DNA of 63,893 bases, the filler included, from Octopus bimaculoides (taxonomy: Eukaryota), in the NCBI RefSeq assembly GCF_001194135.2. It is 6 parts of 6 records of this genome, joined end to end, with 100 filler letters (N's around TTAATTAATTAA, not from the genome) between each part and the next. Parts side by side here need not be neighbours in the genome. Positions count along the whole stretch, not along the records: positions 18,331 to 44,966 come from NC_068994.1; 5 more parts are not named here. One strand, written 5' to 3'. A model generated the notes under the pieces. It was not told the DNA's origin. It worked only from the letters and a program-made list of their open reading frames with translations, and searched no databases. A program made the translations under genes and the position numbers. The number at the start of each line of letters is the position of its first letter. Positions within the stretch are counted from its first letter, which is position 1. Of this stretch, positions 26,746 through 38,689 are shown piece by piece.

Positions 26746-27697
26746 CAGGGCCGACGCTACGAAGTGCGGGACCCAATTAGAGAATTGTCAGTGGGGCCCT
26801 CCACTCTACAGAAGCTGAAGATGGATATTTTATGCTTTGTGTAGTTCTCCCGTCCCAAGCGTTGAAGGTTTGAGGCTCTACCATTAGCTACAATGATATA
26901 TTAAAAACTGAAAGTTCAAGTGGAAGATTTGGTAATTTTTCAGATTAACACCCGCACGATTACCTAACCCTAACCCTAAACCTAACCCTAATCCTAACCC
27001 TAACCCTAACACTAACCCTAACCCTAAACCTAACCCTAAAACCCTAACCCTGACCCTAAAACCGTAGCCCTAACCCTAACCCTAATCCTAACCCTAACCC
27101 TAACACNNNNNNNNNNNNNNNNNNNNNNNNNNNNNNNNNNGATTTGGTAATTTTTCAGATTAACACCCGCACGATTACCTAACCCTAACCCTAAACCTAA
27201 CCCTAAAACCCTAACCCTCACCCTAAAACCCTAACCCTAACACCCGAGTGAAAATCGTGCGGGTGTTAATCTGAAAAATTACCGAAGTTTTAATGTTTTA
27301 TAACAAGCCAAGATAGTTATTGACATACTGCTTGTGGATAGGCCTCCTAAAACCAGGTTTTTCTATGCTTTTAGTTTTTTTATCCTAGAAGTCTTTCAAA
27401 ATCATTTCAAAGTCAATGGTTTTTGTAATGTCATTTTCTATAGATAGCATCGTCAAATTATTTAGTTTCTCTCGTGAAATTGTTGATCATAGGTATGTTT
27501 GGATCAGTTTTAGTTTTGCAAAACTTACTTCACCTGGTGCAATTGTTACGGGCATTATTAAATAAATCTTCAAAGCAATAAAAACATTAGGAAATGTTTA
27601 CTTCATCATAGCGTCCTCCACTCGAGCTTATGCGCGGGGCCCTTTCTTGGTGCGGACCCCACTTTGAACAAATCTAATTGGCTTAAAATCGGCTCCG
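26746..27697. mobile_element. Old hAT-like MITE that hosts the telomere-repeat element
   Basis: Ends CAGGGCCGAC... and ...ATCGGCTCCG with subterminal GGGGCCC motifs; 8-bp flanks GGAGCAGG and GAAGTAAG match 5/8 (all differences are transitions). Confidence 0.35.
26931..27283. mobile_element. Non-autonomous TIR element filled with (TAACCC)n, Merlin-like
   Basis: Perfect 31-bp TIR GGTAATTTTTCAGATTAACACCCGCACGATT (26931-26961 and 27253-27283); 8-bp TSD GAAGATTT/GAAGTTTT; the interior is telomere-type hexamers. Confidence 0.85.
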
Positions 27698-27929
27698 GAA
27701 GTAAGTATTGGAGGTATGGGTGATAGAAGAGGAGTGAGTGGTGAGTGACGAATGGGAATTTGTAACGTTCATACCTATTCTCTCAATGGTGTTACTTGGC
27801 GACGCTAAGCGATTCTAAGAGAAAGGCGAAATTGCGTCGTAGATTTGGGTTAGGGTTAGGATTGTTGTCATCATTCAACAATCCCAGATGTTACTGTATC
27901 GAGTTCTAGAACTCGTAGTGCCGGTTACC

Positions 27930-28140
27930 CGATTTCCATGACGTATAAGAGACCGAGATCGCAACATAACCCCTGAAGGAAACGTCAGTCCGTTGCAGGA
28001 TTACTCTTCTACAGCTGAGTGGACTGGAGCAACATGAAATGAAGTGTATTGTATAAAAGAACACAATGCACCGCCCGGTCCGGGATTCGAAACCACGACC
28101 TTGCAAGCAATAGCCGAACCACTAGGCCATGCGCCTTCGC
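27930..28140 (-). mobile_element. tRNA-headed SINE with a CORE-like central block
   Basis: Minus strand GAAGGCGCATGGCCTAGTGG (A box)...GGTTTCGAATCC (B box)...CACTTCATTTCATGTTGCTCCAGTCCACTCAGCTG. Confidence 0.7.
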
Positions 28141-28709
28141 TCCCCACTCAGTGACTGGTCAAATATTGGTGTTCTTAGAGAGTGGAAACCGTCGATTGTG
28201 ATCTTCTTCTTCTTCTTCTTCTTCTCTCTCTCTCCCTCTCCCCCCTCTCTCTCCTAAGAGTATTAGCAACAGATGTAAGATGCTAATGGCTTAAACTGAG
28301 TATCGAAACTCTACATATGGCAATTTTATATACGTTTTTGAGCGCTTTCGTTTTGTGTATATATAATGGCGAACTTCAAAATGAAGAAAAGTAATTGCCA
28401 AACCAGTACTCAATAAACCAGTCTTCATTTTTTAGACCTCAACAACGCAACATTACATACGAGTTCTATAGAAAGGACATGGAGTTTCATCAAAAGAGGT
28501 GCCGGGGGCAACCTTTGAGCTTATCCCCCCTCCACAAGCAATAATGCCTATACAAGTTTATACAACAGACTAAAAAGTGCTGCCCCTATAAAAGTGTCGC
28601 CTGAGGCAGACCACCTCATCGTCACCCTATCCTCGCTACTGCCATACATTAAACTTCCGTGAATCTCTTCTCAACTTACTAGGGTTTACCTGGCGTCGTT
28701 TTCGCAAAC

Positions 28710-28812
28710 AACATATTCACGTCATTCATCAAACTCACTAAACATTATTCACGTCATTCATCAAACCCACTAAACATTATTCACGTCATTCGTCAAATCC
28801 ATTAAGCATTAT
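28710..28812. repeat. Minisatellite, ~32-bp unit x ~3.3
   Basis: Unit AACATTATTCACGTCATTCATCAAACCCACTA repeated with a few substitutions. Confidence 0.85.
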
Positions 28813-29079
28813 TATCCTTTGTAAACCCGATCATTAGCAATTACCAATTTCTTAAACTTCCATTATTCCACTTCTTTTCATTTGTTGTCCATCATGTTAT
28901 GTATATAAAATGAAAAATCGACTATTTTTAAGGGTTTCTTCACTAAAAAGGGCAGTGCCTATTGACCATTTTTAGGGCCTAAGTAATTGGCGGGTGGGGA
29001 GTACCTTCAAACCGGAAACCTAGCCCAAATTCTTGCAATAGGGCAGACTTCACTCAAAGAACAGAAAATACTGCCTGGT

Positions 29080-29800
29080 GTTTGTTAGGATAAGGGTTAG
29101 GGCTCAAGATTAGGGCTTGAATGGGGGTTTAAGGTTTGGATTTAGGGTTAGGGCTGGGATTACGATTATATTTGATGATACGCTTTCTGTTTTTATAAAT
29201 ACTCAATATTTTAACAGTACCTAGACAGTAGTGTTAAACCGGTGGATAAAATATACAACTCAGCCTCGCCAGATGTTTGCTTTTTGTTGTAAGGTTTCTC
29301 ACCTCATCTCTAGTAATAAAATAATATTTAATTACTTTTTGAGTAGCTTATTTATACATCTATTTGGATGTCCTGGAAGTTAAGCTGTTGAACAGAAAAG
29401 TTCCAAAGGTTGGTTTCTTCGTTTGTACATGCAAAAATATACATTACTTAAAAAATTAGAGTCGGTTGATTAGAAGTTAAGGTTTAGAGTCAGAGTTAAG
29501 GTTATAGTTAAGTTTTTCGATTAGAATTTATGGTTAGAATTTAGGTGCTAGTGTTTAGGGTTAGGGTTAGATTTAAGATTTAGATATAAATATCATAAAG
29601 TTAAAATTTAGGGTTAAAGTTAGGGTTTAAGGTCAGGATTTAGGGTTTGGGTTTAAGATTAAGGTTAAAGTTAGGATTGGATTAAGATTTAGGGTTCCAG
29701 TTCAAGGTTTGTATTTAAATTCAGGATTCGGATTTAGGGTGTAGGGTTTGGTTTAGGTTTACGATTATGTTGATGATACACTGTGTTCTAAATACTTGTT
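29080..29800 (+). repeat. Two degenerate TTAGGG-like arrays
   Basis: Arrays at about 29080-29165 and 29465-29765 both end with ACGATTAT.TTGATGATAC.CT..(..)AAATACT. Confidence 0.7.
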
Positions 29801-30222
29801 CCTTATCAAAAGGGCTCTAGTTGTGACCATTCCATTTTTTTCGGCGTGATTGTATTTTAGGGATCTCCTCGTCATGAGATTATGTTTCCTCGTTACTTTT
29901 TTAACAATGCATATTTTACTTTCCATTTGGAATTATGTTCCGTTTCGGAGCTTAAACCTCTGGGCATGCAGTTATTTATCTATTTATTTAATTTCTTGTG
30001 AAGTTGTGCGACCTGTCGGTTAGGATGTTAGGTTTACACCCATAAAGTCATGGGTTCAATTTCTGTAGGGCGACCCTCACACCCGCACACCTTCACAGCC
30101 TCAATGTTTCGTTTGGTTAAGATGGGGCGGTGCGAAAAGGTGTTTATGTTTGCTTGCGACTAAATAAACACCTAAAACAATATGCAAAAACACGGTACAT
30201 GTTATCAAACCATACTCGATTG

Positions 30223-30389
30223 CAAGCCCGTCGCCAGACTTTGGTGCCTGGAGGTGCTTCAGAATATTGCAGGTGGGTATTAATGTGTATTGCGAAAAGA
30301 TCTTTGTAAAATATTTTCTAAATCTGAGGGTGCACCATTGCATAGTGAGGGGCAGTGCCGTCCAATGCACTCCCTTAGCGACGGGCATA
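30223..30389. mobile_element. 167-bp hAT-like MITE
   Basis: TIR CAAGCCCGTCGCCA versus reverse complement TATGCCCGTCGCTA; 8-bp TSD CTCGATTG/CTCGATCG. Confidence 0.75.
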
Positions 30390-30887
30390 CTCGATCGCAA
30401 GGGGCAACTAGCTGCACTGTACTAAACTTGATTTCTACTCAGGTAAAAAGCCAGTTGGTAGAAGTGGATATATTGTCAACTGAGCTGATAACCATATACT
30501 ACTTCATATATTTATTTTATCGACACCGGAAGAATAAAAGATAAAGCATAAAAAGATCATTTAATAAGTTGGTGGACCAATGTTTCTCTTAAATCGCTGC
30601 TTTTTTTTTTTAACTTGGCTTTAAAAAATTGTTTAAAAGATCGACTTCGCCCTATAATGTAGCTGTTCTCCATGTAGGACCAACTTAGCACAACATTATA
30701 GGTTCCTGGGTGAATAAGTGCATTGGGTCCAATAGTACATGTTTGTAAACAGGGAACCACAGCAGGCATAAATCAGAAATGGAACCCTAAACCCAGGGGG
30801 CCTCCAGTTAACAGTCTAGCATGTCCATGCCCCTAAGACGGCACTACACGCACATATACAGCCGCGCGCGCATACACATAATATATT

Positions 30888-30920
<33 letters not shown>

Positions 30921-31028
30921 NNNNNNNNNNNNNNNNNNNNNNNNNNNNNNNNNNNNNNNNNNNNNNNNNNNNNNNNNNNNNNNNNNNNNNNNNNNNNNNN
31001 NNNNNNNNNNNNNNNNNNNNNNNNNNNN

Positions 31029-31071
<43 letters not shown>

Positions 31072-31392
31072 ACTTAGTAGCGCCCAAATGATTTGAACGT
31101 ACACTCCGAAATCTTTACCGCGGGGTAAAAAGTGGCTGTAAGAAGAATCCAGGTGAGCAGATATGGAGATAATGATGCCAATAAATAATTAAAACCGCTT
31201 GGGCAAGATATACAAAATATACATTCATATATGCATGTAAAAATGAGAGAAAACAAAAACTGACGAGGAATATTCGTGTATAAATATATAGATATTAATA
31301 TATTAACAGAGGAAACTTACACAGAGTACAAAGACACAGAAAATTAAGGGATGAATGTATGGTGTTACAGGTCTGACAGCTGTTTCTAGGGC

Positions 31393-31632
31393 CTCGGAAT
31401 TACCTCATAATATTTGCAGATGTAGTTCACAAGAAGTCAAGGATATGTAACCACCAGTGGAAGCATATAAACATAAGGTATATCCGGCCTTCGTCTTTAG
31501 GGTGGAGAGATGAGATATTTTATCTCTCCACCCTGAAGACGGAGGCCGGATCTAAACAGAGTTTATATGCTTTCATTACTGGTTTCATATTTTTGTGAGC
31601 TACATCTACTAACATCATGAAATAACTCCGAG
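31393..31632. mobile_element. ~240-bp foldback (palindromic) element
   Basis: The outer arms align as inverted repeats with roughly 20% mismatch plus an indel. The inner 30-bp arms (31482-31511 and 31522-31551) match 28/30 around a 10-nt loop. Confidence 0.8.
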
Positions 31633-32309
31633 CAATTGGCGTAAAGGCTATCTTTTTAATTCAGAAACATCAGTGCTCCACCACTGATAGCTACAGAAAA
31701 GGAAATAGAGCAATGGCAAGCTTAAAGACTTGGGTCGAATATTTCAATTTCGATTGAAGTTCTCTTTAAGTACTACAATCAGTCAGTGGAGTGGAGGGAA
31801 AGAATACTAAATCTTCAGTAGCGTTTAGCGGGGTTGTTGTTTTGTCCGAAGTCGACCCTAATGGATCATTACCATTATAACCAAATGCGTTTCAGCTGTG
31901 ACCAACACTTTCTGATCAGATAATGTATCTTGAACTACATTTGCCAATATGTCGTTCTTTTTTTAAAGAATCTAATATGTGATTCAATGATGATTTGATT
32001 ACTGTTTTTAGCAGAGTGAGTGACTGAGTAGAGCATAGTGAAAATAGCGAATTTAGCATGATTGAAAGGCTTAACTCTCAATGAGTTTGCTTCTTGCTAG
32101 AGGCTGAGTGAACATGATCAATTATAACTAATCAACGAGCTTTATTAATCCTCTCGAAATATATAATACGAAATTTGTTTAACTTCAATCCTTAGTCATT
32201 TCGGAAGCATGCATATTTAAACAGTAACGTATATAATTATGCGACTAACCCACACGCCCTAAAATTAGTGGCCTAGTGCCAAAGTTGGAAACTATTATTA
32301 TTACTACTA

Positions 32310-34288
32310 CTAGCAGAAATACCCGGCGTTGCCCAGGTTAAAGAGAATAATGAAATTTAAAAACGCCGTTTAGATTACGCAGGTCTCAACTGCTAGTAGC
32401 TGAGATACCACCTTTCTACATTAATAATTCTCCAACCCATGCCAGCATGGAACACAGACGTTAAATTGAATGTTAAAAGAAAATTTTCAATTCATATATG
32501 TATATAAAGTAAATACACGTAATTCAAGAACACGTTTTGTGTTGCTTATTTTGTAAGCAAAAAACAGGTGCAGATTATAAGCAATGTAAGGCTGATTTTG
32601 GTGATTCATTTGACAGAAGTAGTAGAGAGCCAATCCGATGATGAATCTGACCTTTTATCTTGAAAGTTTGCATGAATCCTGGCTCAGTTAAACCTCTTGT
32701 GGCTCCAAATGATGTCATCTGTAGTGCAGCGTCGTATTGTCTAATTTTGTTTTGGAAGTGCTTGGAATCTTGGTCAGTTGATGGTAACAGTGTCTTCAAT
32801 GGCTTTGGAGGTTGGGGGATTGCAGGGAGTTTAACCTTTCCACCACTGCAGCACAGTACAGGTGTCTCTCAGGGCGACTTCCTTGCTTTGCAATGTATGC
32901 ACTCAGTTGTCATTGCACCAATGGAAACTCTAGTGTCATCTGCATTATAAACTGATGGATCATAATTGAAAGCTGCTTCATAGAAGTTGCTTCTCTGAGC
33001 TGTTGCAACTGCTCTTCGTTCTGCAGTGGAGATCCTATTCCTTGTCAGCCGTGCATACCTCTGTTCATCACTTTGAGATGCCCTGGCTTTTGTAGTGCAC
33101 AGTCTTGGTATGCTTCCTTTTCTGCAGCTGTCTCTCTTTCCCTGGACAGAGACACTCTTTTGGCTGACCTTGACATTGTAGACAAATCTGACACTTTCCT
33201 TCTCGTCATGGTTATGTACGTATACAGAGATGCACGGGTGCAGAAGTTAGTAAACAATGAAAATAACTGGGTAACGGAAATTATATTTCTTAACACGACG
33301 GGCAGAAAGTAAATAAGAAATTCTTACGGAAAATAAAGAATTGTACGGGTTGAAGCGAAATTTGTCAGTGGACTAAAGAGCCAGTATCGAAGGAGCCAGA
33401 AAAAAACCGTTAACAACAGAAAAACACAAAATCATTGCAAAAGTAAATAAAAAATTTTTATGGAAATTAACTAAGTGTACGAATTTAAGTGAAATTTTTG
33501 AAGTTACTTCTGTCGGTAAATTATAAACTTACTTTTATCAGTAATTCCGTCAAAAAACAAACAAACAAAAGAAACAAAAAAAACACACAAAACGTTGCAA
33601 AAGCAAATAAGAAATTTGTAGGTAAATTTCACGAAGTGTATGGATTGAAATGAACTTTATGAAGTTACTTCTGTCAGTAAATCATGTATGAAATTATTTT
33701 CATTAGTAATTGTGAACTTCTTTCTGTCAGTAATTTGTTGTTGTTGTTTGTAAATAGTAATTTAAAACTTACAGTGAAAACAAGTGAAAACAATAGCATA
33801 TGAAAAATGAAAGTGAAAACAATAGAGAATGAGTGAGATATAGAGAGTGGGAGAGGGAGAGAGCTAACTAGTTAGACAAATAAGATAGATATAGATAGAT
33901 AAGATATAGAGAGATAGATACAGAGAGATAGATAGGTATAAAAATAGAGCTAGATAGAGAGATATAGACGTCACTAACGCTAGAAAACCGGAAGTAAATA
34001 TTTTTTAAAAACTTTCAAAGACGTGAATCTAATATAAAAAGCAATATTTTCTTTTTTCTTTTTTTTTTTATGACAAACGGATGTAAGTGAGATGATCAAT
34101 TTCTGAAAGTTACTTCGCAAATAGTTACCTTCTTTCTCCACGTAACCAGGAACGGGTGTTTTCTGCCCCAAGGGATCCCGTTACTCATTATGTTAAAAAT
34201 TTTAAGAATTTAAAACCATCCCGGGAACATAAGTAATGTATGTTTCCAGTTTGGAGAAAATCAGTTGAAAAATACGTCAGTTATGATC

Positions 34289-34329
<41 letters not shown>
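32310..34329 (-). mobile_element. Helitron deletion derivative carrying the N-terminal part of RepHel
   Basis: 3' end CCTGGGCAACGCCGGG-TATTTCTG-CTAG|T at 32310. Coding remnant AFNYDP...IGAMTTECIHCKARK...CCSGGKVKLP...HFQNKIRQYDAALQMTSFGA...FKIKGQIHHRIGSLL (about 32575-33215). Internal ~165-bp tandem duplication at about 33420-33730. The 5' end is lost in the gap. Confidence 0.85.
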
Positions 34330-35140
34330 NNNNNNNNNNNNNNNNNNNNNNNNNNNNNNNNNNNNNNNNNNNNNNNNNNNNNNNNNNNNNNNNNNNNNNN
34401 NNNNNNNNNNNNNNNNNNNNNNNNNNNNNNNNNNNNNNNNNNNNNNNNNNNNNNNNNNNNNNNNNNNNNNNNNNNNNNNNNNNNNNNNNNNNNNNNNNNN
34501 NNNNNNNNNNNNNNNNNNNNNNNNNNNNNNNNNNNNNNNNNNNNNNNNNNNNNNNNNNNNNNNNNNNNNNNNNNNNNNNNNNNNNNNNNNNNNNNNNNNN
34601 NNNNNNNNNNNNNNNNNNNNNNNNNNNNNNNNNNNNNNNNNNNNNNNNNNNNNNNNNNNNNNNNNNNNNNNNNNNNNNNNNNNNNNNNNNNNNNNNNNNN
34701 NNNNNNNNNNNNNNNNNNNNNNNNNNNNNNNNNNNNNNNNNNNNNNNNNNNNNNNNNNNNNNNNNNNNNNNNNNNNNNNNNNNNNNNNNNNNNNNNNNNN
34801 NNNNNNNNNNNNNNNNNNNNNNNNNNNNNNNNNNNNNNNNNNNNNNNNNNNNNNNNNNNNNNNNNNNNNNNNNNNNNNNNNNNNNNNNNNNNNNNNNNNN
34901 NNNNNNNNNNNNNNNNNNNNNNNNNNNNNNNNNNNNNNNNNNNNNNNNNNNNNNNNNNNNNNNNNNNNNNNNNNNNNNNNNNNNNNNNNNNNNNNNNNNN
35001 NNNNNNNNNNNNNNNNNNNNNNNNNNNNNNNNNNNNNNNNNNNNNNNNNNNNNNNNNNNNNNNNNNNNNNNNNNNNNNNNNNNNNNNNNNNNNNNNNNNN
35101 NNNNNNNNNNNNNNNNNNNNNNNNNNNNNNNNNNNNNNNN

Positions 35141-36000
35141 GTATGGTGGATGATGGAGAACTTCCAACTCCAACTTCTGTAGTTTCGACAATGTCATTTT
35201 TGCGATGTGTGGTCTGGCATTGTCTTGCAATAAAATAGGAGTGGATCTGTTGACTAATCTAGGCTGTTTTTTTTATTTTTTGTAAGTTCCTGCATCATTT
35301 GGTCCAGTTGGCTGCAGTATACTTCGGTCGTGATTGATGAGCCAGGTTTAATGAAATCATAATGGATCACACCTGCGCCAGAACACCAAACACGCATCAT
35401 CAGCTTCTTTTCATGAATTTTGCTTTTTGGACTGTTTTGGTGGCTCGTCTTTATCCAACCATTGTGCTGAACATTTACGGTTGTTGTATTGGATCCATTT
35501 ATCATCACATGTTACAATTCGATTCAAAAATTATTCATTTTTGTGACGAGAAAGTAGTATAGTGCAGTCTCCCAAACGTTGCTGTTTCTGATTTTCATTG
35601 AGTTCATGTGGAACCCACTTATTCAACTTTTTTACTTTACCAATTTGAACTTGGTGAGTCAATATTGTTTGCTTGCTAACACCAAACAACAACGATAATT
35701 GACGGACACTTTGAGATAGATCTGACTCGACGGTGGCTTTCAGTTTGTTATTATCCACCTTTGTTTCTGGTCGACCGCGTTGCTCATTTGTGAAGTCAAA
35801 GTTACCAGAACGAAATTTTGCAAACCAATTTGATACTGTCTGCTGTGTAATAACATTAGAATGAAATACTCCATTAATATTCCGAGCTGTCTGTGATGCT
35901 GTATTTCCAAGAAGGAACTCATATTTCAAAACTGTACGAATTTCCGACATATATATATTCTTTGCAGATACTGAGACAAACTCAGATAAAAGAAAACGGA
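35141..36000 (-). mobile_element. Mariner transposase pseudogene (Hsmar1/cecropia-like), truncated by an assembly gap
   Basis: IRTVLKYEFLLG...TVSNWFAKFRSGNF...KWVPHEL...*FLNRIVTCDDKW...KKLMMRVWC...QDNARPH...LHHPPY, with stops and frameshifts. Confidence 0.92.
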
Positions 36001-36769
36001 TAAATTAATTAACAGCCACAGTTGTAAACACAAAATTTAAATGCACTCAATCGGATCAAAAGAATACCTTCACCACCACCAAGAGAAAATAACAGCAATT
36101 CAGTATTTGCTATCGTTGCAACCCTAAAAGAAACACTAGACATTGTCAACTTCACGTGAAAGAAAAAAACAAAATAGAAAGAGAAAATTTTGCCCAAATA
36201 ATTCATCCAAGAAAAACAAGGAAGAAAATGGTATTTTTTTTAACGAACGGGTGTCTTTCATATGCTCTGGCTAGTATATGGTACTATTTCTGTTCCATCG
36301 AACGAAGTAAAGTATATGGGAGACTTTAAGATCAAGGATGAGGTGAGGAGACTGGCTGTCGTCTCAATACCATCAAAGTTAAAATTTCGCAAAGATCTGT
36401 TTTGCTCTACATCTACCTAGGGATTGTCCCCGTCTAGTACTGGATTCGATCTAATTAATATGTCATTCTTCCAAGTTGTATGAAGTTATAATTATAATTT
36501 TAGTTTTACTTTTATTACATACCTTTACTGCACAAGCAACTACAGCTTTATGTGCCATAGGTAGGTGCAATGTTTTGTTTTGCTTTGGCCGTTTTTATTT
36601 TGCGTTCGAAATATTCTACGTGGGTGTTGTGCAAATAGTATTTTTTTTTTTATGTTGTATATTATCTGTGTATATTTTACTGAACCTAGAATCCAGTTAA
36701 AATGTCCGTTGTCGATTTCTTTTTTTATAAGCTAGTAAAAGAAAACGAGGGAAATGTCCTTAGGATGGG

Positions 36770-36900
36770 GATATTGATGCAGGTGGTAGTATAAGACCTA
36801 GAAGGTGAAACACTGTAAAGAACGATTTGAAGAAAGACGAAAGAGAATCAGAGTTCGCTGGAGACGCGATAGAAGCATCAGAAACAGTGCATCTGTGAGA
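36770..36900 (+). mobile_element. Possible RTE LINE tail remnant
   Basis: Loose similarity to GRPRKTWxExVKxDL...DRxxWR; very degenerate. Confidence 0.25.
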
Positions 36901-37019
36901 ATAAGTTTATGTCACAATCAGCTCGTTCGGAAATGACCTACGAAAGTGAAAATTGTTACATTCCTTCGATGATCTATTTCTGTCTGTCTTGATCTGCACT
37001 TTCTCTTCTTGAGAAAGAA

Positions 37020-37560
37020 ATAGGTTCCTTTGACATGAAAGTTCACATGTTGGACAGACCTATTCAAGGACGAGAAGGAGAGATTCAGAATGCCACGCTT
37101 ATAAGGCAGGAAAAACTACTGAAGCCGTCATGTCTGCGGAAGATCCTCGTCGAGCAGGAGTGGTCGCCTTTTATGTGACAATCTTTCTTAAGATCGTTTA
37201 CATGACTGAGCTGTAGCCGGTATCAAACGTAGACAGAGAATGTTCATTTTGTAGATGGAGATTTGCCTGACGCTCATATCCCTATTGCGAAAGTACTGTC
37301 AAGTGGATGGGAATGAATGCGAGGAAAGACGAAACCGACTTCCATACATTCGTTCAGTGTCTGCTGCTCACTGACTTCAGAAATCTATATCGAATGGCTG
37401 CAACTGTGTGCAAGACAATTCTGGCTGTCAGTCGAATCAGCTGCGAAAATTACTCTCCTGGATTCTTTGGGAGAGAAGAGAGAGACAATGGTTTTTGCTG
37501 TATCATGATTATGCGCCTAAGGAGTAATATTAGTGAACAAGGCCGAAACGGATGTGCACT
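37020..37560 (+). mobile_element. Highly decayed mariner-like remnant
   Basis: QWFLLYHDYAP resembles WxLLHDNAP, and the upstream fragments follow the mariner layout only loosely. Confidence 0.3.
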
Positions 37561-38689
37561 TTATAAAGTATCTCTTGAAGCGGAAATATGAGTTGAGAAA
37601 GATGTAATGTGATAAAGCAAATTTTATGAAAAGGTTTTGTTGTTTAATCCGAAGTCTATCGAAATCAAGTAAACAAACGAGTTTCATTCATGTCCTCGTT
37701 TATTTGTATAGCTAAAACTACATTATGTAATGTAGCCATTCTGCTTTTTCTTTCTTTTTCTTTTTGTAGAATGTAATTTGAGTGGAATTTGTCAGATAGC
37801 AATTAAGTGAAATGTTATCTCTCATTTAATTTATTTGTATTTAACACTTTGTTTTCTAAACCCTGATATAGTTCAGTCATTGATAAAATTGTTTTTCTTT
37901 GATTTCGAAACAGTCACTATTGGTGAAATCTTCCCTGACCTCATCATGATTCTATAGATGGATAGGTTGTAGAGCCATCCAATGTGACTCTACTCAGAAG
38001 GCTGTAATATCATTTTACAGGAAAACCGGTATAAAGAATACATAAAACAAAGCTGTGACTTTATATACCTTTAATGTGGCCACACGTGCATACACAATCT
38101 GAATGATAAATGAAAATGGTTTGATGCGTGGAGGCTATGGTCTTCTACTGTGCGTTAGCTCCTATCTGTTACTGGCGTGTGGTGTGTGAGAGAGAGCCAG
38201 TTGGGTTACGTCTTCCCAGTCTCGTGTCCCGATACAGAAAGAGGAAGAGATGAGTCTCTGAACCTTAATGTTGCTTATGCCGTCTATTGCTCAAATAATT
38301 AAGGTAGCGCCCACCATTCTTTATTTGAATTACCTTCTGTTAAAATCAGCATACCTTATTATTATTATTATTATTTATTTATTTTTGTGCAAAGACTAGG
38401 ATTTTGTTTCGATATATTTGCTTAAAGGCGAGAAAAACAATCTCAGGTATATTCTCGAGTTCTTTCACTTGTCCTTGCGATTTTTTCCCACAACAGTGCT
38501 GCTCATTGCAGTTTTGTTTCATATTCCACCATTAAAATTTCTGTTAACACCACAATTCCATGATGTAATCTATCATTGGTTTCAGCGATTTTATATGATT
38601 TCTCAAAATATCAATAAGTTTATTCGTTACAATTTACAATCTACACTCTTCCATTTCCCTTAATAATTCTTTCGAATTTTTTTGCTCAA

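Noticed and set aside
27141-27212. Second left TIR of the telomeric element
   Set aside because: It duplicates 26926 onward, including the flank, across a small gap, so it is most likely an unmerged overlap or second haplotype rather than a composite element.
28710-28812. Direct repeats of CRISPR-like length
   Set aside because: The units are contiguous with no unique spacers, there are no cas genes, and the context is eukaryotic.
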